From: Spirochaetia bacterium
GTDB lineage: Bacteria; Spirochaetota; Spirochaetia; DSM-16054; Sediminispirochaetaceae
DNA length: 64,000 bases
Direction: 5' to 3'
Assembly: GCA_034520965.1 (NCBI GenBank)
Contig: JAXHMY010000003.1
Span: 480,001 to 544,000, forward strand
Below the pieces are notes generated by a model. It ran no database searches. It saw nothing but the letters and a program-made list of their open reading frames with translations, and had not been told where the DNA came from. The position numbers and the translations under genes are program-made. Of this stretch, positions 44,658 through 55,196 are shown one piece after another; position 1 is the first letter of the stretch, and every line of letters begins with the position of its first letter.

Positions 44658-46514
44658 TCATCTCACAGTCACAAGCAGTCCCAAAGCAAGACCTATCAAA
44701 CTATAAGGGCCGATAGGAAGTATTATCAAAGCCCCTGCAACAAGTATGATAAGGCGCTGCCGCAAATTAAGCTCTCCCCTCCAATAGCGCATAAAACCGG
44801 CCGAAAGTAACACAATGCCGAGCATAGTCTTGCCCAGGCCCAATAATCCTGAAACTGTGCTGCCGAGCAGAATCAGCGAAGGGTCATAGATAAACAAAAA
44901 GGGCAGCAGGAAGGCGGCAAAACTCAGTTTTAGTGATATTTTGGCCGTAGTTACCCAGTTTGCATCCGCCATCCCGGAGGCAATGTACACCGCTCCGCAA
45001 ATGGGGGGAGTAATTGCCGAGAGAATTGCAAAATAGAACACAAACAGATGCACCGCTAAAACTGGCAGACCAAACTCCATCAGCACCGGTCCTCCAACTA
45101 CCACCGCCATAATGTAGGCCGCCGTGGTCGGAACCTCCATACCAAGGATGATGCTGGTAAGGGCTATCAATAGAAGCGTGAGCAGCAGATTTCCTTGACT
45201 GAAAGAGAGCACCGACGAGCTTATCTTCACTCCCAGTCCGGTCATGGCAATTACTGCTATGATAATTTGGGCACTGGCGGTAATTGCAGCTATCAAGGCT
45301 GCCTGCCGGGCGCCGTTACGTACTGCCCCACCGAGCCGCGGCCAGGCGGCGCGAATCTCAATACTCCAGTCTTCGGAGATAAAAGCCAGAATGAGAGTGG
45401 ACATGGTCGCCCAGAAGGCGGCATACTGCGGCGTGTATTGCATCATCAGCCAGATAATCAGTACGGTAAAGGGAATCAGAAAAAAGCCGCTGGCCTTGAG
45501 GGTATCCCGCCCCGAGGGAATCTCACTTGCCGGAAGGCCGACATAACCCTCTCGCCGGCTGTAAAAGTGAATTCCGATCCCTACTGCAAAAAAATAGAGA
45601 AATGCAGGAATCAAGGCGTGGTATGCTACCTGAAGATAGGGCGTCTCTGTCAGCTCGGCCATCACAAAGGCTCCCGCTCCCATAATCGGCGGCATAATTT
45701 GTCCTCCGGTGCTGGCCACCGCCTCAACCGCAGCAGCCATCTCCGGCTTGTACTTCAACCTCTTCATCATGGGGATAGAAAAAGAGCCGGTGGTAGCCAC
45801 ATTTGCGCTGGCACTACCCGATACCGAACCAAACAGAGCACTGGAGATAGTGGCCACTTTCGCGGGTCCACCGGAAAAACGGCCGGCCAGCTTTATTGCC
45901 AGGCGCATAAAACCGGTCCCTCCACCGGTAGCAAAGATAAAAGCCCCAAAAAACACAAAAATAGCTATTACATTGGTACTTACCCCCACCAGCAAGCCCC
46001 ATAGCCCGCCGGTTGTAAGGAAGAGCTGGCCCGAAAGTGTCATTAGGTCGTATTTTGGATGACCGAAGGTCCCTGGAATTAAGTGTCCAAACAATGCGTA
46101 CAGCAGAAAGATCAAAGCTATTATCGGCAGGGTTGGTTTGATCATTCTGCGGGCCGATTCCAAAATAAGGGCAATTAAAATAAATGTCGCCGCCACCTGC
46201 CAATTCCCGGTGGGAATTCCGTACTGATGCACTATCTGTGGATAATCAATAAACACATAGAGGGTAACCGTTAGCCCCAATAAAGCCAGAAGAACATCTA
46301 ACATTTCTCTCCATTTTGGAAGCCGGCCCTGTTTTTTCTCGGTAAAAGTCTCGCCGAGAAAAATCAGAATAAAAGCAAAGGCCAAATGCAGCGCCCTGGC
46401 ACGTAGTGCCGGGAGAAACGCATACACCGGTAGTACCAGTTGATACAGTGCAAAGAGGAGCGCGGCTCCGAAAACGAAGCCGCGCATACCTCGGTATACC
46501 GAGTCTACTCTCAT
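44658..46514 (-). CDS. TRAP transporter fused 4TM/12TM permease
   Basis: GGPAKVA, GSVSGSASANVATTGSFSIPMMK, EAVASTGGQIMPPIMGAGAFVMAE, LGMEVPTTAAYI, SAITPP. Confidence 0.93.
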   Translation of the reverse strand: MRVDSVYRGMRGFVFGAALLFALYQLVLPVYAFLPALRARALHLAFAFILIFLGETFTEKKQGRLPKWREMLDVLLALLGLTVTLYVFIDYPQIVHQYGIPTGNWQVAATFILIALILESARRMIKPTLPIIALIFLLYALFGHLIPGTFGHPKYDLMTLSGQLFLTTGGLWGLLVGVSTNVIAIFVFFGAFIFATGGGTGFMRLAIKLAGRFSGGPAKVATISSALFGSVSGSASANVATTGSFSIPMMKRLKYKPEMAAAVEAVASTGGQIMPPIMGAGAFVMAELTETPYLQVAYHALIPAFLYFFAVGIGIHFYSRREGYVGLPASEIPSGRDTLKASGFFLIPFTVLIIWLMMQYTPQYAAFWATMSTLILAFISEDWSIEIRAAWPRLGGAVRNGARQAALIAAITASAQIIIAVIAMTGLGVKISSSVLSFSQGNLLLTLLLIALTSIILGMEVPTTAAYIMAVVVGGPVLMEFGLPVLAVHLFVFYFAILSAITPPICGAVYIASGMADANWVTTAKISLKLSFAAFLLPFLFIYDPSLILLGSTVSGLLGLGKTMLGIVLLSAGFMRYWRGELNLRQRLIILVAGALIILPIGPYSLIGLALGLLVTVR

Positions 46515-46526
46515 AATTTTAACTGT

Positions 46527-47465
46527 CTATCTCATACCGGGATTAACGTCAAAGCCAATCTCACGATAGTAACGCAGCGCACCGGGATGAAGGCGGGCTT
46601 TCATGGAGTTGACATCCTGCATATTGATAAGCTTCATCGCCGGATGAGTCCCTTCCCATTCTGAACGGTTTTCCCAAAACGCTTTAGTCAGCTTATACGC
46701 AGTATCCTCGGAGAGGTTTTTCGTGCTGTAAAGAGCCACCGGCAAACTAATAGTATCCACATCTTGATCCACACCCTTATATAGACCGGCAGGAATAACT
46801 GTGCGGGTGTACTGGTCACTCACCTTTGCGAAGTCGGCATCGGAAAGCTCGAGGATTCGTACATCTATGGTAGAAGCAATCTCTTGTACCATCGAAGCCG
46901 GAGGTGTGCTGGAAGTTCCAAATCCTACTGCTCGACGGTTACGCACGGCTCGTACTCCTTCACTCAAGTCCACGGTCAGCAGATTAATATCATCGTAAAT
47001 CCCTTTGGATTCCAACACCGCCCGAGTAATACGCTCACCAGCCGAGCCGGCGCCGCCGGGAATAAATCGCTTCCCCGCCAGATCCTCTAAGCTCTCTACC
47101 CCGCTGTCTTTGCGAACAACCCAGTGCATTACCAATCCTGGAATTGGCCATAGGGAGCGAATATTTTCGTAACCACCCTCACTGAACTGTCCTCCTGCGT
47201 TTATCGCTTCCTGCACCAAGGAAGGCGGCGAGGTAAACAGAAAATTCTGTCGTACCCGTGCCATCTTGACGTTTTCCACCGATCCGGCACTTGTTTCAAC
47301 TGTAACATTCGAGTCTGAAGCATGTTTGTTCAATGTTTCAGCTATACCCACCGCAAAGGCGTAGTAAGTTGAAGTCTGACGGGCACTCTTTAAGCTCAGA
47401 TTTTCGGCAAAAAGCGTACCTGTAGATAGAAACACGATAAGTAAAAAAATTGCTGCTCTTTTCAT
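46527..47465 (-). CDS. TAXI-family TRAP solute-binding protein
   Basis: Signal peptide, STYYAFA, SAGSVEN, IPAGLYKG, LHPGALRYYREIG. Confidence 0.9.
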   Translation of the reverse strand: MKRAAIFLLIVFLSTGTLFAENLSLKSARQTSTYYAFAVGIAETLNKHASDSNVTVETSAGSVENVKMARVRQNFLFTSPPSLVQEAINAGGQFSEGGYENIRSLWPIPGLVMHWVVRKDSGVESLEDLAGKRFIPGGAGSAGERITRAVLESKGIYDDINLLTVDLSEGVRAVRNRRAVGFGTSSTPPASMVQEIASTIDVRILELSDADFAKVSDQYTRTVIPAGLYKGVDQDVDTISLPVALYSTKNLSEDTAYKLTKAFWENRSEWEGTHPAMKLINMQDVNSMKARLHPGALRYYREIGFDVNPGMR

Positions 47466-47684
47466 AACACGTCCTTTCTAAATTCTAAATTTGATTCTAA
47501 TTTACGGCAAAACTACTTACTTTTTGGTTAACAGCAGTAGCAGTAACAGATTAATATATCAGAAGCAAGAATAGAGTAAAAAAGAAATCGTGTCAAATCA
47601 AACGGCTATATCGCAGCAGTACCGCGGCTTTTTGCCTTTGTTCAAGATACACAACTTAGCTGATGCTTTTTGAGGCGGTTTTAA

Positions 47685-48737
47685 TTATGCGATCGTAACA
47701 TCCTCGCTGAGAAACACATCCTGAATTGTCTGGAGCAGTTGGATGCCGTCATTCATAGGGCGCTGGAAGGCTTTGCGTCCGGAGATAAGGCCCATACCGC
47801 CGGCTCGCTTGTTAATTACTGCGGTGCGAACTACCGCTTCCAGGTCGCCCTTGCCTTTAGAGGCCCCGCCGGAATTAATCAGACCGGCACGGCCCGCAAA
47901 ACTGCTGATTACCTGGTAGCGGGTGCGGTCGATAGGGTGGTCCCCGGAGAGTTCGCTATAAACCCTGTCGTCGGTTTTCCCAAACGTAAGGGCTTTGAAG
48001 CCCCCGTCGGTGGTGGGCTGCTTCTGCTTGATGATATCCGCTTCAATTGTTACCCCCAAGTGGTTAGCCTGGCCGGTGAGATCGGCAGCGGTGTGGTAGT
48101 CGTCGTCTTTGGTCTTGAAATCCGGGTTGCGCAGATAACACCACAGAATGGTTACCAACCCGCGTTCATGGGCATACGAGAAGGCATCGGAGATTTCCTC
48201 TATTTGCCGTTGGCTCTCCTCGGAGCCAAAATAGATTGTCGCTCCTACTGCGACTGCGCCCATATCAAAGGCCTGGTCAACATTGGCAAACAGTATTTGA
48301 TCGTGGGTATTAGGATAGGAGAGAAGCTCGTTGTGGTTGATTTTCGCAATAAAGGGAATCTTGTGGGCATACTTGCGTGCAACAGACCCGAGCACTCCCA
48401 AAGAGGAAGCCACGGCATTACAGCCGGCTTCATGGGCAAGCTTCACTATGTTCTCGGGGTCGAAGTAGATGGGGTTGGGTGCAAAAGAGGCTCCCGCACT
48501 ATGCTCTATTCCCTGGTCGACCGGCAGCACCGATAAATATCCGCTGCCCCCCAGACGACCATGGTCAAATAGGCTTTGCATATTACGCAGCACCGCCGCG
48601 CTGCGGTCCGAATCCTTCCACACTCGGTCGATAAAATCAGGTCCCGGCAAATGCAGGTTATCCGCCGAGTATTTGGCCTTATAGCTAAGTAAATCCTGCG
48701 CTTCATTTCCTAAAAGGGACTGTATTGAATTATTCAT
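47685..48737 (-). CDS. fbaB: Class I fructose-bisphosphate aldolase (DhnA type)
   Basis: [55 protein letters not shown]. Confidence 0.96.
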   Translation of the reverse strand: MNNSIQSLLGNEAQDLLSYKAKYSADNLHLPGPDFIDRVWKDSDRSAAVLRNMQSLFDHGRLGGSGYLSVLPVDQGIEHSAGASFAPNPIYFDPENIVKLAHEAGCNAVASSLGVLGSVARKYAHKIPFIAKINHNELLSYPNTHDQILFANVDQAFDMGAVAVGATIYFGSEESQRQIEEISDAFSYAHERGLVTILWCYLRNPDFKTKDDDYHTAADLTGQANHLGVTIEADIIKQKQPTTDGGFKALTFGKTDDRVYSELSGDHPIDRTRYQVISSFAGRAGLINSGGASKGKGDLEAVVRTAVINKRAGGMGLISGRKAFQRPMNDGIQLLQTIQDVFLSEDVTIA

Positions 48738-48784
48738 AACATCCTCCTTCCTCTAGGATACAAAATTTTTTCTCTAATTTCAAA

Positions 48785-48944
48785 GTGCCACTGCGGCAAT
48801 TCGCAATTTGAAAATTTTTAAAAAATTTTCAAATTGCGAATGCTTACATTTTGTTTAAGATAAGTAGTTTATCTTAAAGATGTTGTGGGTATTCTCATTT
48901 TGGAAGTCTTATGACTTCCAAAATGAGAATTCCTGGTGCCACTG
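48785..48944. mobile_element. MITE-like palindromic cassette (48794-48935) with 9-bp flanking direct repeat GTGCCACTG
   Basis: Three perfect hairpins (21-, 10- and 18-bp arms), degenerate terminal IRs, direct repeats at 48785-48793 and 48936-48944. Confidence 0.7.
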
Positions 48945-48984
48945 AGAACATTTACTCGCGGTATATGCTATAGTCAACGATACT

Positions 48985-49530
48985 ATGATGGGTCTGTATG
49001 TGCTGTTAGTCATTAGTCTTCTTGTCGCAACATCCCTCGTTTACTCCGGCTGGCGAAATGGAATAACTCCCATGCCAAGCTCCCGCAAGGCTAAGGACGC
49101 ACTAGTCAAAACCACGGTCGAGGAGCTGCGTCAGGTCAAGACCAACTCTGCAGTGGTGATAGAAACTGGCTCAGGCTGGGGAGGTGTCGCCCTGTCTCTG
49201 GCCGCCCGTCTACCGCAGTCCAAAATTCAAGGGTATGAGAATTCCCCCTTTCCCTATCTGATCTCCCGACTGAGGGCTAAATTGGCGGGCTACGACAATC
49301 TAAATTTTCGCTTCGGTGATTACCGCCGCGCCCCACTCGCCTCATCCGACATCCTCGTGTGTTACCTCTTTCCCGGAGGTATGCAGGATATCGCCAAGCT
49401 TAAGCTAACCGGCCCGGTAATCATCAGCAACACCTTCGCCCTCCCTGACCATACCCCCGACCGCCGTATACAGTCGGGTGACACCGCCCTCTCTATTATC
49501 TATGTCTACCGACCGGAGCAGCTCCGATAG
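48985..49530 (+). CDS. Membrane-anchored class I SAM-dependent methyltransferase
   Basis: N-terminal TM, GITPMPSS, VIETGSGWGG, GYENSPFPY, VCYLFP, IISNTFALP. Confidence 0.82.
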   Translation: MMGLYVLLVISLLVATSLVYSGWRNGITPMPSSRKAKDALVKTTVEELRQVKTNSAVVIETGSGWGGVALSLAARLPQSKIQGYENSPFPYLISRLRAKLAGYDNLNFRFGDYRRAPLASSDILVCYLFPGGMQDIAKLKLTGPVIISNTFALPDHTPDRRIQSGDTALSIIYVYRPEQLR

Positions 49531-52500
49531 CCCTCTTCACGGCTGAAGAGGGATTGGATATCCTCCGCCGAAAGCTCGCGCAGCGCAGCTCCTTCATTTT
49601 GGATGAGCCGTTCGGACAGAGAACGCTTTCTTGCCTGCAGACGCATTATTTTCTCCTCGATGGTGCCCTTGGTTATCAGTCGGTAGGCCAGAACCCTGCC
49701 GACACGGCCAATTCTGTGGGCTCGATCAATGGCCTGGGACTCCACCGCAGGGTTCCACCACGGGTCGAGCAGAAAGACATAATCCGCCGCGGTAAGATTG
49801 ATGCCTACCCCGCCGGCCTTAAGACTAATTAGAAAACAAGCAGCCCCTTCCACACCCTGAAACTCATCAATTTGCCTATCCCGCTCGCTCTGGGGGGTAC
49901 TTCCATCCAACCGCATTAGCTGCAGCCCGCTTTCTGCCAAACGCAACTCCACCTCATCGAGAACGGAGGTAAACTGTGAAAATACCAAAGCCTTATTTCC
50001 TTCATCCCGCAATTCAACTATACGGTCGTACAGTAAATCCAGCTTGGCACTCGGGACCTTATTATATTCCGAATCAACCAGGGCCGGTAGAATTGCTGCT
50101 TGCCTCAGTCGCAGCATTGCCTCGAGTAATAACTTACCTCCATGCATAACCCCTTTTTTCTTCATGTTCTCCTTCACTTCTCGTTCGTACCACTGCCGCA
50201 GTGATTCATATACCCGGCTCTGCCTGCGGCCCGCTTCGGCATACAGCACAAGCTCCTCCCGCGGCGGCAGTTCTGGTGCTACAGCCGCCTTTGTTCGGCG
50301 CAATATAAGGGGGCGGATAATCCGCTGAAGACTCTCTAAAGCTGTTCCAGATTCCTGTTTTTCAATCTCTTCCCCATAGCGCCGGGTAAAATCTGTTCGT
50401 GTGCCAAGAATTCCAGGTATTAAGATATCGATAAGCGACCACAGTTCAAGGGTGTTGTTTTCCATCGGAGTTCCGGTCAAAGCCAACCGGTGCTGGGCCG
50501 GAATAGCAGCAACTGCTTTGCGGCGCTTCGCCCGGGGATTCTTTATCGCCTGAGCCTCATCCAGAATAAGGTAGTTAAAATCGGCATCCTTCATCAGCTG
50601 TGCATCCTGGTAAAGGGTAGCGTAACTTACCAGCACGATGTCGGCAGTGCACAGCTGTTGCGCAGTGCAGGCCCGCTGCGGCCCGGCATGAATAGCGATG
50701 CTGAACTGTGGGGTGAACCTCCGGCATTCACTCTGCCAGTTACCAAGGGTACATACCGGACACACCACCAGTACCCGGCACAGCTGCCCTTCCTCGTGGA
50801 CTTTTGCTAAAAGGGCTAGAGCCTGGATAGTCTTTCCCAATCCCATATCATCAGCTAAGCAGCCTCCAAGCTTATAACTGTGCAGGAACCAAAGCCACGA
50901 CAGCCCGCTGCGCTGGTACGGCCGCAGGATTCCCCTGAAAGAGGCGGGAACCGCCGTTTCCTGCAGCTGGGAAAAGGAGGCCAAGCGCTCTTTCAGAGAG
51001 AAAAAGTCCTCCAATCCCGGATGGTCGGAATTGAACACATGATCTACCAGAGCCTCCAAAGCTGCAAAGTCCCGCCGACCAACCCGTTTATTTGCCACCG
51101 CTTGGCACATCGCAGCCATGTCGGAGTCCGGCGGCAGTACGTACAGTTTACCCCCGGCACGAACAATTCCCCTGGCAGGGATATCCTCAAGGGGAATAAA
51201 ATCATCCTTTATTTGAAAACCGGCTTCTACCTTTAACCAAAACTCCCCACTACTGGTGATGTAGACCCCCGGAGTTCCCGGGGGACGATACAGCTTCTGC
51301 CGTTCCAGCTGCAATTCAAACCCACGGTCCTGCAAATCCTTTCCCAGGCCTGATAGAGCATCATAAAGTTCTTGGGAGCAACTGAAATTTTCGCTGTCTA
51401 ATGGAAGATCTGCCTCATCCGTACCGGTACCCTTATGGTTCCGGATTGTCGAACGCAGAATCCTTGCAAATTCGTCTTCCACCTGTGAATCAGTTGCAAT
51501 AAACCACTGAAGTTCCTTTTCACTTGTACCGGTATTCCCAGCTACACCAGCCTCCTCCGCCGCTGCTTTGGCCTTTCCATAGAGTTTCTGAGACCCATTT
51601 AATATCGTCCTTACTTCTTCAAGCGAAACAGAGATAAGCTCGTTTCTCCCGGGGTAACGTAATTCCTCACCTTTATAGCGAAAGAAAAGCTGTATTTCGA
51701 TGTAGGTGTCTTCTTCCATCCCCCCGCCCAGCATGTGAAAATTAGCTACCGGAGTGGGAACCAAGGTAATTATCCGCAGATTTACGGGCACCGGAGCAAC
51801 CTCGACCAAACCGGAAAATCGACTGCGGCAGAGGTCGGAGAAGGTGCGGGCCTCTGCCGCGGTAAAGCCGGTCAACATATACAGCATTGTGGCCACCGCC
51901 TGTATCTTACCGGGTTCAGCTTCCGGAATTTCCAGTTGAAACAGATGCCACAAGCTTCCGGTTGATGGGGTGACTACCAGTAGTGCATCGACATCGTGTT
52001 CATATGTAAGCTGCCCGGCATCAAATTTTTCACAGTAATCCGTCTTATCGTAGAGCTCCAGTATCGGCCAATAGTACAATTGCTGGTGGTACTGCCGCTC
52101 CAGGCGCCAGCTAATACCAATGCGAGCTATTCGCCGGGTCACCGCCGGCAGCTCACGATCTAAGCGGCTGGGCCGCTCCAGATACAACTCTACGGGAATT
52201 TCCATAGTAGGAGCCCCTCGACGGAAGGCCTCTGTACACCAGTGGCGGCACAAGCCCATCGCTCTGCTGCTGTAATCCGAATGGTCGCATTCGGACATGT
52301 GGAATTTGGCGGTGCCGGCAAGACGGCTCAGCAGTTTTTCAGAAGCATCATCACCCCGCCGTCGGAACATACCGGGCTTATACTGCACAATTCTTCCGTC
52401 AGCCCCGTTTTTACGCAGGTATACCAGTACGGGCTCAATCAAGAGTTGTATTTCCGTCGGCTGCTGGAAATTCTGCACACTGCTAAGTCTAAAGGCGAGG

Positions 52501-52964
52501 CGGAAACAGGCGGTTTCAGAACAATTACCGATCGACCGAGGTACCATAAGTTGGCTAAAAAAAGGGTCCTGCTCCAAGGAACCGGAATACTCCTGCAGGG
52601 GAACATCCACCGGGGTTACATCTAAAACCTCACCAGGTTTAAAGTCTTCCTCAGCTGAAGGCGATTGGATGGTATACAGAAGCGCCCCAATATGTTTACA
52701 GGGTTTATAATAGGAGGGGCAGCTGCACTCACCCCTCAGTTGAGTGCCCCTGCGATGCAGCTCTACCCAGTACACAGCGTGTCCCCCGACAACTTCCGCG
52801 CTGAACAACTCCGGCTCAATCGCATGAAATATACATGAATCTCGATAGTACAATCCAAGCGCTCTTTGCTTTAAGGCCGGGTTATCAAATAGCCGATCTA
52901 ATTCAATCCGTGAAAGATAGCTCCGCCATTGTTCAAACGCATCTTGAGTTTCACATAGCTCCAT
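49506..52964 (-). CDS. SWIM zinc-finger / SNF2-family helicase
   Basis: CSCP...CKH SWIM; LRPYQ, LADDMGLGKT, ILDEAQAIKN, LTGTPMEN, LVFSQF, SLKAGGVGINLTAAD, DPWWNPAVESQAIDRAHRIG. Confidence 0.93.
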   Translation of the reverse strand: MELCETQDAFEQWRSYLSRIELDRLFDNPALKQRALGLYYRDSCIFHAIEPELFSAEVVGGHAVYWVELHRRGTQLRGECSCPSYYKPCKHIGALLYTIQSPSAEEDFKPGEVLDVTPVDVPLQEYSGSLEQDPFFSQLMVPRSIGNCSETACFRLAFRLSSVQNFQQPTEIQLLIEPVLVYLRKNGADGRIVQYKPGMFRRRGDDASEKLLSRLAGTAKFHMSECDHSDYSSRAMGLCRHWCTEAFRRGAPTMEIPVELYLERPSRLDRELPAVTRRIARIGISWRLERQYHQQLYYWPILELYDKTDYCEKFDAGQLTYEHDVDALLVVTPSTGSLWHLFQLEIPEAEPGKIQAVATMLYMLTGFTAAEARTFSDLCRSRFSGLVEVAPVPVNLRIITLVPTPVANFHMLGGGMEEDTYIEIQLFFRYKGEELRYPGRNELISVSLEEVRTILNGSQKLYGKAKAAAEEAGVAGNTGTSEKELQWFIATDSQVEDEFARILRSTIRNHKGTGTDEADLPLDSENFSCSQELYDALSGLGKDLQDRGFELQLERQKLYRPPGTPGVYITSSGEFWLKVEAGFQIKDDFIPLEDIPARGIVRAGGKLYVLPPDSDMAAMCQAVANKRVGRRDFAALEALVDHVFNSDHPGLEDFFSLKERLASFSQLQETAVPASFRGILRPYQRSGLSWLWFLHSYKLGGCLADDMGLGKTIQALALLAKVHEEGQLCRVLVVCPVCTLGNWQSECRRFTPQFSIAIHAGPQRACTAQQLCTADIVLVSYATLYQDAQLMKDADFNYLILDEAQAIKNPRAKRRKAVAAIPAQHRLALTGTPMENNTLELWSLIDILIPGILGTRTDFTRRYGEEIEKQESGTALESLQRIIRPLILRRTKAAVAPELPPREELVLYAEAGRRQSRVYESLRQWYEREVKENMKKKGVMHGGKLLLEAMLRLRQAAILPALVDSEYNKVPSAKLDLLYDRIVELRDEGNKALVFSQFTSVLDEVELRLAESGLQLMRLDGSTPQSERDRQIDEFQGVEGAACFLISLKAGGVGINLTAADYVFLLDPWWNPAVESQAIDRAHRIGRVGRVLAYRLITKGTIEEKIMRLQARKRSLSERLIQNEGAALRELSAEDIQSLFSREEGYRSCSGR

Positions 52965-53047
52965 GATTCCCCCTATTTATTAATAGAGGGGGTGAAATGG
53001 CCTGCTGCTTTTAAATCAGTCTAAAATAAAGTTGCAAAATTCTCATT

Positions 53048-54149
53048 TCATGGCTTTAGACGATAAAGGGAACCGTTTTTTTCATCTGTTAATAACCAGA
53101 GGTACCCTCCCGGGCCAGCCTTTACATCCCGAATTCGACCTATACGTCCCTGTAGCAGCTCCTCCTGGTTTACCACTCGAGTCCCTTCAAGTTCCACACG
53201 TCGTAAATGTTGTCCGGCCAAAGCACCGACAAACAGATCACCCCGCCATTCCGGAAATAAATCGCCGGTATAAAAACTCATCCCCGAAGGAGCTATAGAA
53301 GGGGTCCAGTGGAGAAGAGGAGCCGCGATGCCCGGAGCATCACTACCCGTCCCAATCGATCCTCCCCGATACTCTTCGCCGAAGCTTACCTTAGGCCAGC
53401 CGTAATTGGCACCTGCTTTAATTATATTCACTTCATCTCCGCCTCGTGGCCCGTGTTCGTGCTGCCAGATTCTGCCGGTATCCGGATGCACCGCCATACC
53501 CTGTGCGTTACGGTGTCCATACGAGAAAATCTCCGGTAGAGCTTCGTCTTGATTCACAAAGGGGTTATCCGCGGAATGCTCCCATCGGGGTTTAGCCTGA
53601 GAGTCGAACCGGCGGCATCGTTCAAATTTTGCGCCCTCTGCCGCTTACCACGCTCCCCGATACTCATATAAAGGCTGCCATCCGGGGCAAACACAATCCT
53701 CGAGCCGAAATGGACATTGCTTCGGGTAAAACGCGGCAGTCGGTACAGCTGTTCCCCCTCCTGCAGCTGGTTTCCCTCCAGGCGGGCGCGGTACAGAACC
53801 GTCCCGCTCCGCCTGCTCCGGAAGCGGAATAAGTAAAGTAGATAAATCTGTTGTTTTTAAAATCGGGGTGAACCGCAATATCCAACAGGCCTCCCTGTCC
53901 GATAGCGTATATATCCGGCAGCCCGTCCACCGACATCAGCTCACCGCCGCTCAGCCGCAGTATTCTGCCGGGCCTCTCACTTATCAAGATATCTCCGCTT
54001 GGTAGAAACGCCATTCCCCACGGGTGTTCAAGACCCTCCACTACCCTCTCAAGCTGGAACGATGTCTGCTGTGCGGTAGCGTACACCGGCAATAACACTG
54101 TTATCAACAAAATTAGAATAATGAAACCTGAGGATAATCGATATTTCAT
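53048..54149 (-). CDS. PQQ-dependent sugar dehydrogenase (YliI/GSDH family), frameshifted
   Basis: LEHPWGMAFLP, GQGGLLDIAVHPDF, IFSYGHRNAQG, EHGPRGGDEVN, GANYGWP, GRIRDV split across frames at about 53560-53800. Confidence 0.82.
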
Positions 54150-54263
54150 TCTCTGCCTCCAAGAATTAATTTACTTATTTATTAGTAATTAAGTCAAATT
54201 TAGAATCGCTGAGTTTTGTAAATACCGCTTGTGAAGGAGCTGACGAGGCGCTATACTGTGTAC

Positions 54264-54602
54264 ATGACTAAAGAAGAACACGCTGAATTAAGAAATATTA
54301 TTGAAGCTAGAATTGAAGAGATCGAGGCAGCATTTCCCTACTTACAAGAAGAGACTCAAGCCATCGCACCGAGTGTAAGCCTTGGACGGCTCACCCGGAT
54401 GGATGCGTTGAGCGAAAAAGGCGTAAATGAATATGTGCTTTCACAGAATCGCAAGATTTTGGATAAGCTCCACAACGCCCTGGCACGTATGAACAAAGGT
54501 ACCTATGGAACCTGTCTTAAATGCGGGAGTGAAATTCCCTTTGGCCGGCTGCGCCTGGTACCTGAAGCCCTGGTCTGTGTCCCCTGCTCATCGAGAAAAT
54601 AA
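54264..54602 (+). CDS. TraR/DksA C4 zinc-finger protein
   Basis: LGRLTRMDAL, ALARM..GTYGTCLKCG.EI...RL...PEA..CVPC. Confidence 0.85.
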   Translation: MTKEEHAELRNIIEARIEEIEAAFPYLQEETQAIAPSVSLGRLTRMDALSEKGVNEYVLSQNRKILDKLHNALARMNKGTYGTCLKCGSEIPFGRLRLVPEALVCVPCSSRK

Positions 54603-54623
54603 AAAAACCTGCAATTGGGCTCT

Positions 54624-55187
54624 CTATTCTTCGAAATTCCACTCATCCTGTGCAATTACTTGTGTCTGCGGCACGCGGCTGCGGGCTGAATGCTCACTCT
54701 CTTTATGTTTATCGCTTAGTTTTTCATCGTCACCGGGATGGGCAATCGCAATAACCGTAATCACCACAAATTCATCGGGTATATTAAACTGCTCTTTTAA
54801 AACCGACGGTTTGAATCCCGCCATTGGATGGGCTATCAGCCCCTCATGCACCGCTTGATACTGAAGGCTCATAACCGCCTGCCCAAGATCAAATAAGGCA
54901 TATTCACGGCCTTCCTTCAGATTGCAATCCAGGTCCGCTTTTGTGACTGCTACTACAAACATAGGTGCATTTTTAGCCCAATAGTTACCGCCAAGCAAAC
55001 CTTCTTGCACCTTAGTCCGCGCTTCCTGGCTCGCTGCAACAATAAACCTCCAGGGCTGTTTGTTAGAACAGGAAGGGGCATAGATGGCCGCCGTCATTAT
55101 TCTATCCTGGACCTCTTGGACTACCGGCTTCTCGCTTATTCCTCGGTATGCTCTTCGCTGTTCAATTACCTCTAATAATCCTTGCAT
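54624..55187 (-). CDS. Nitroreductase family protein
   Basis: RRAYR, APSCSNKQPWRF, FDLG, HPMAGF. Confidence 0.9.
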   Translation of the reverse strand: MQGLLEVIEQRRAYRGISEKPVVQEVQDRIMTAAIYAPSCSNKQPWRFIVAASQEARTKVQEGLLGGNYWAKNAPMFVVAVTKADLDCNLKEGREYALFDLGQAVMSLQYQAVHEGLIAHPMAGFKPSVLKEQFNIPDEFVVITVIAIAHPGDDEKLSDKHKESEHSARSRVPQTQVIAQDEWNFEE

Positions 55188-55196
55188 ATGATACTC

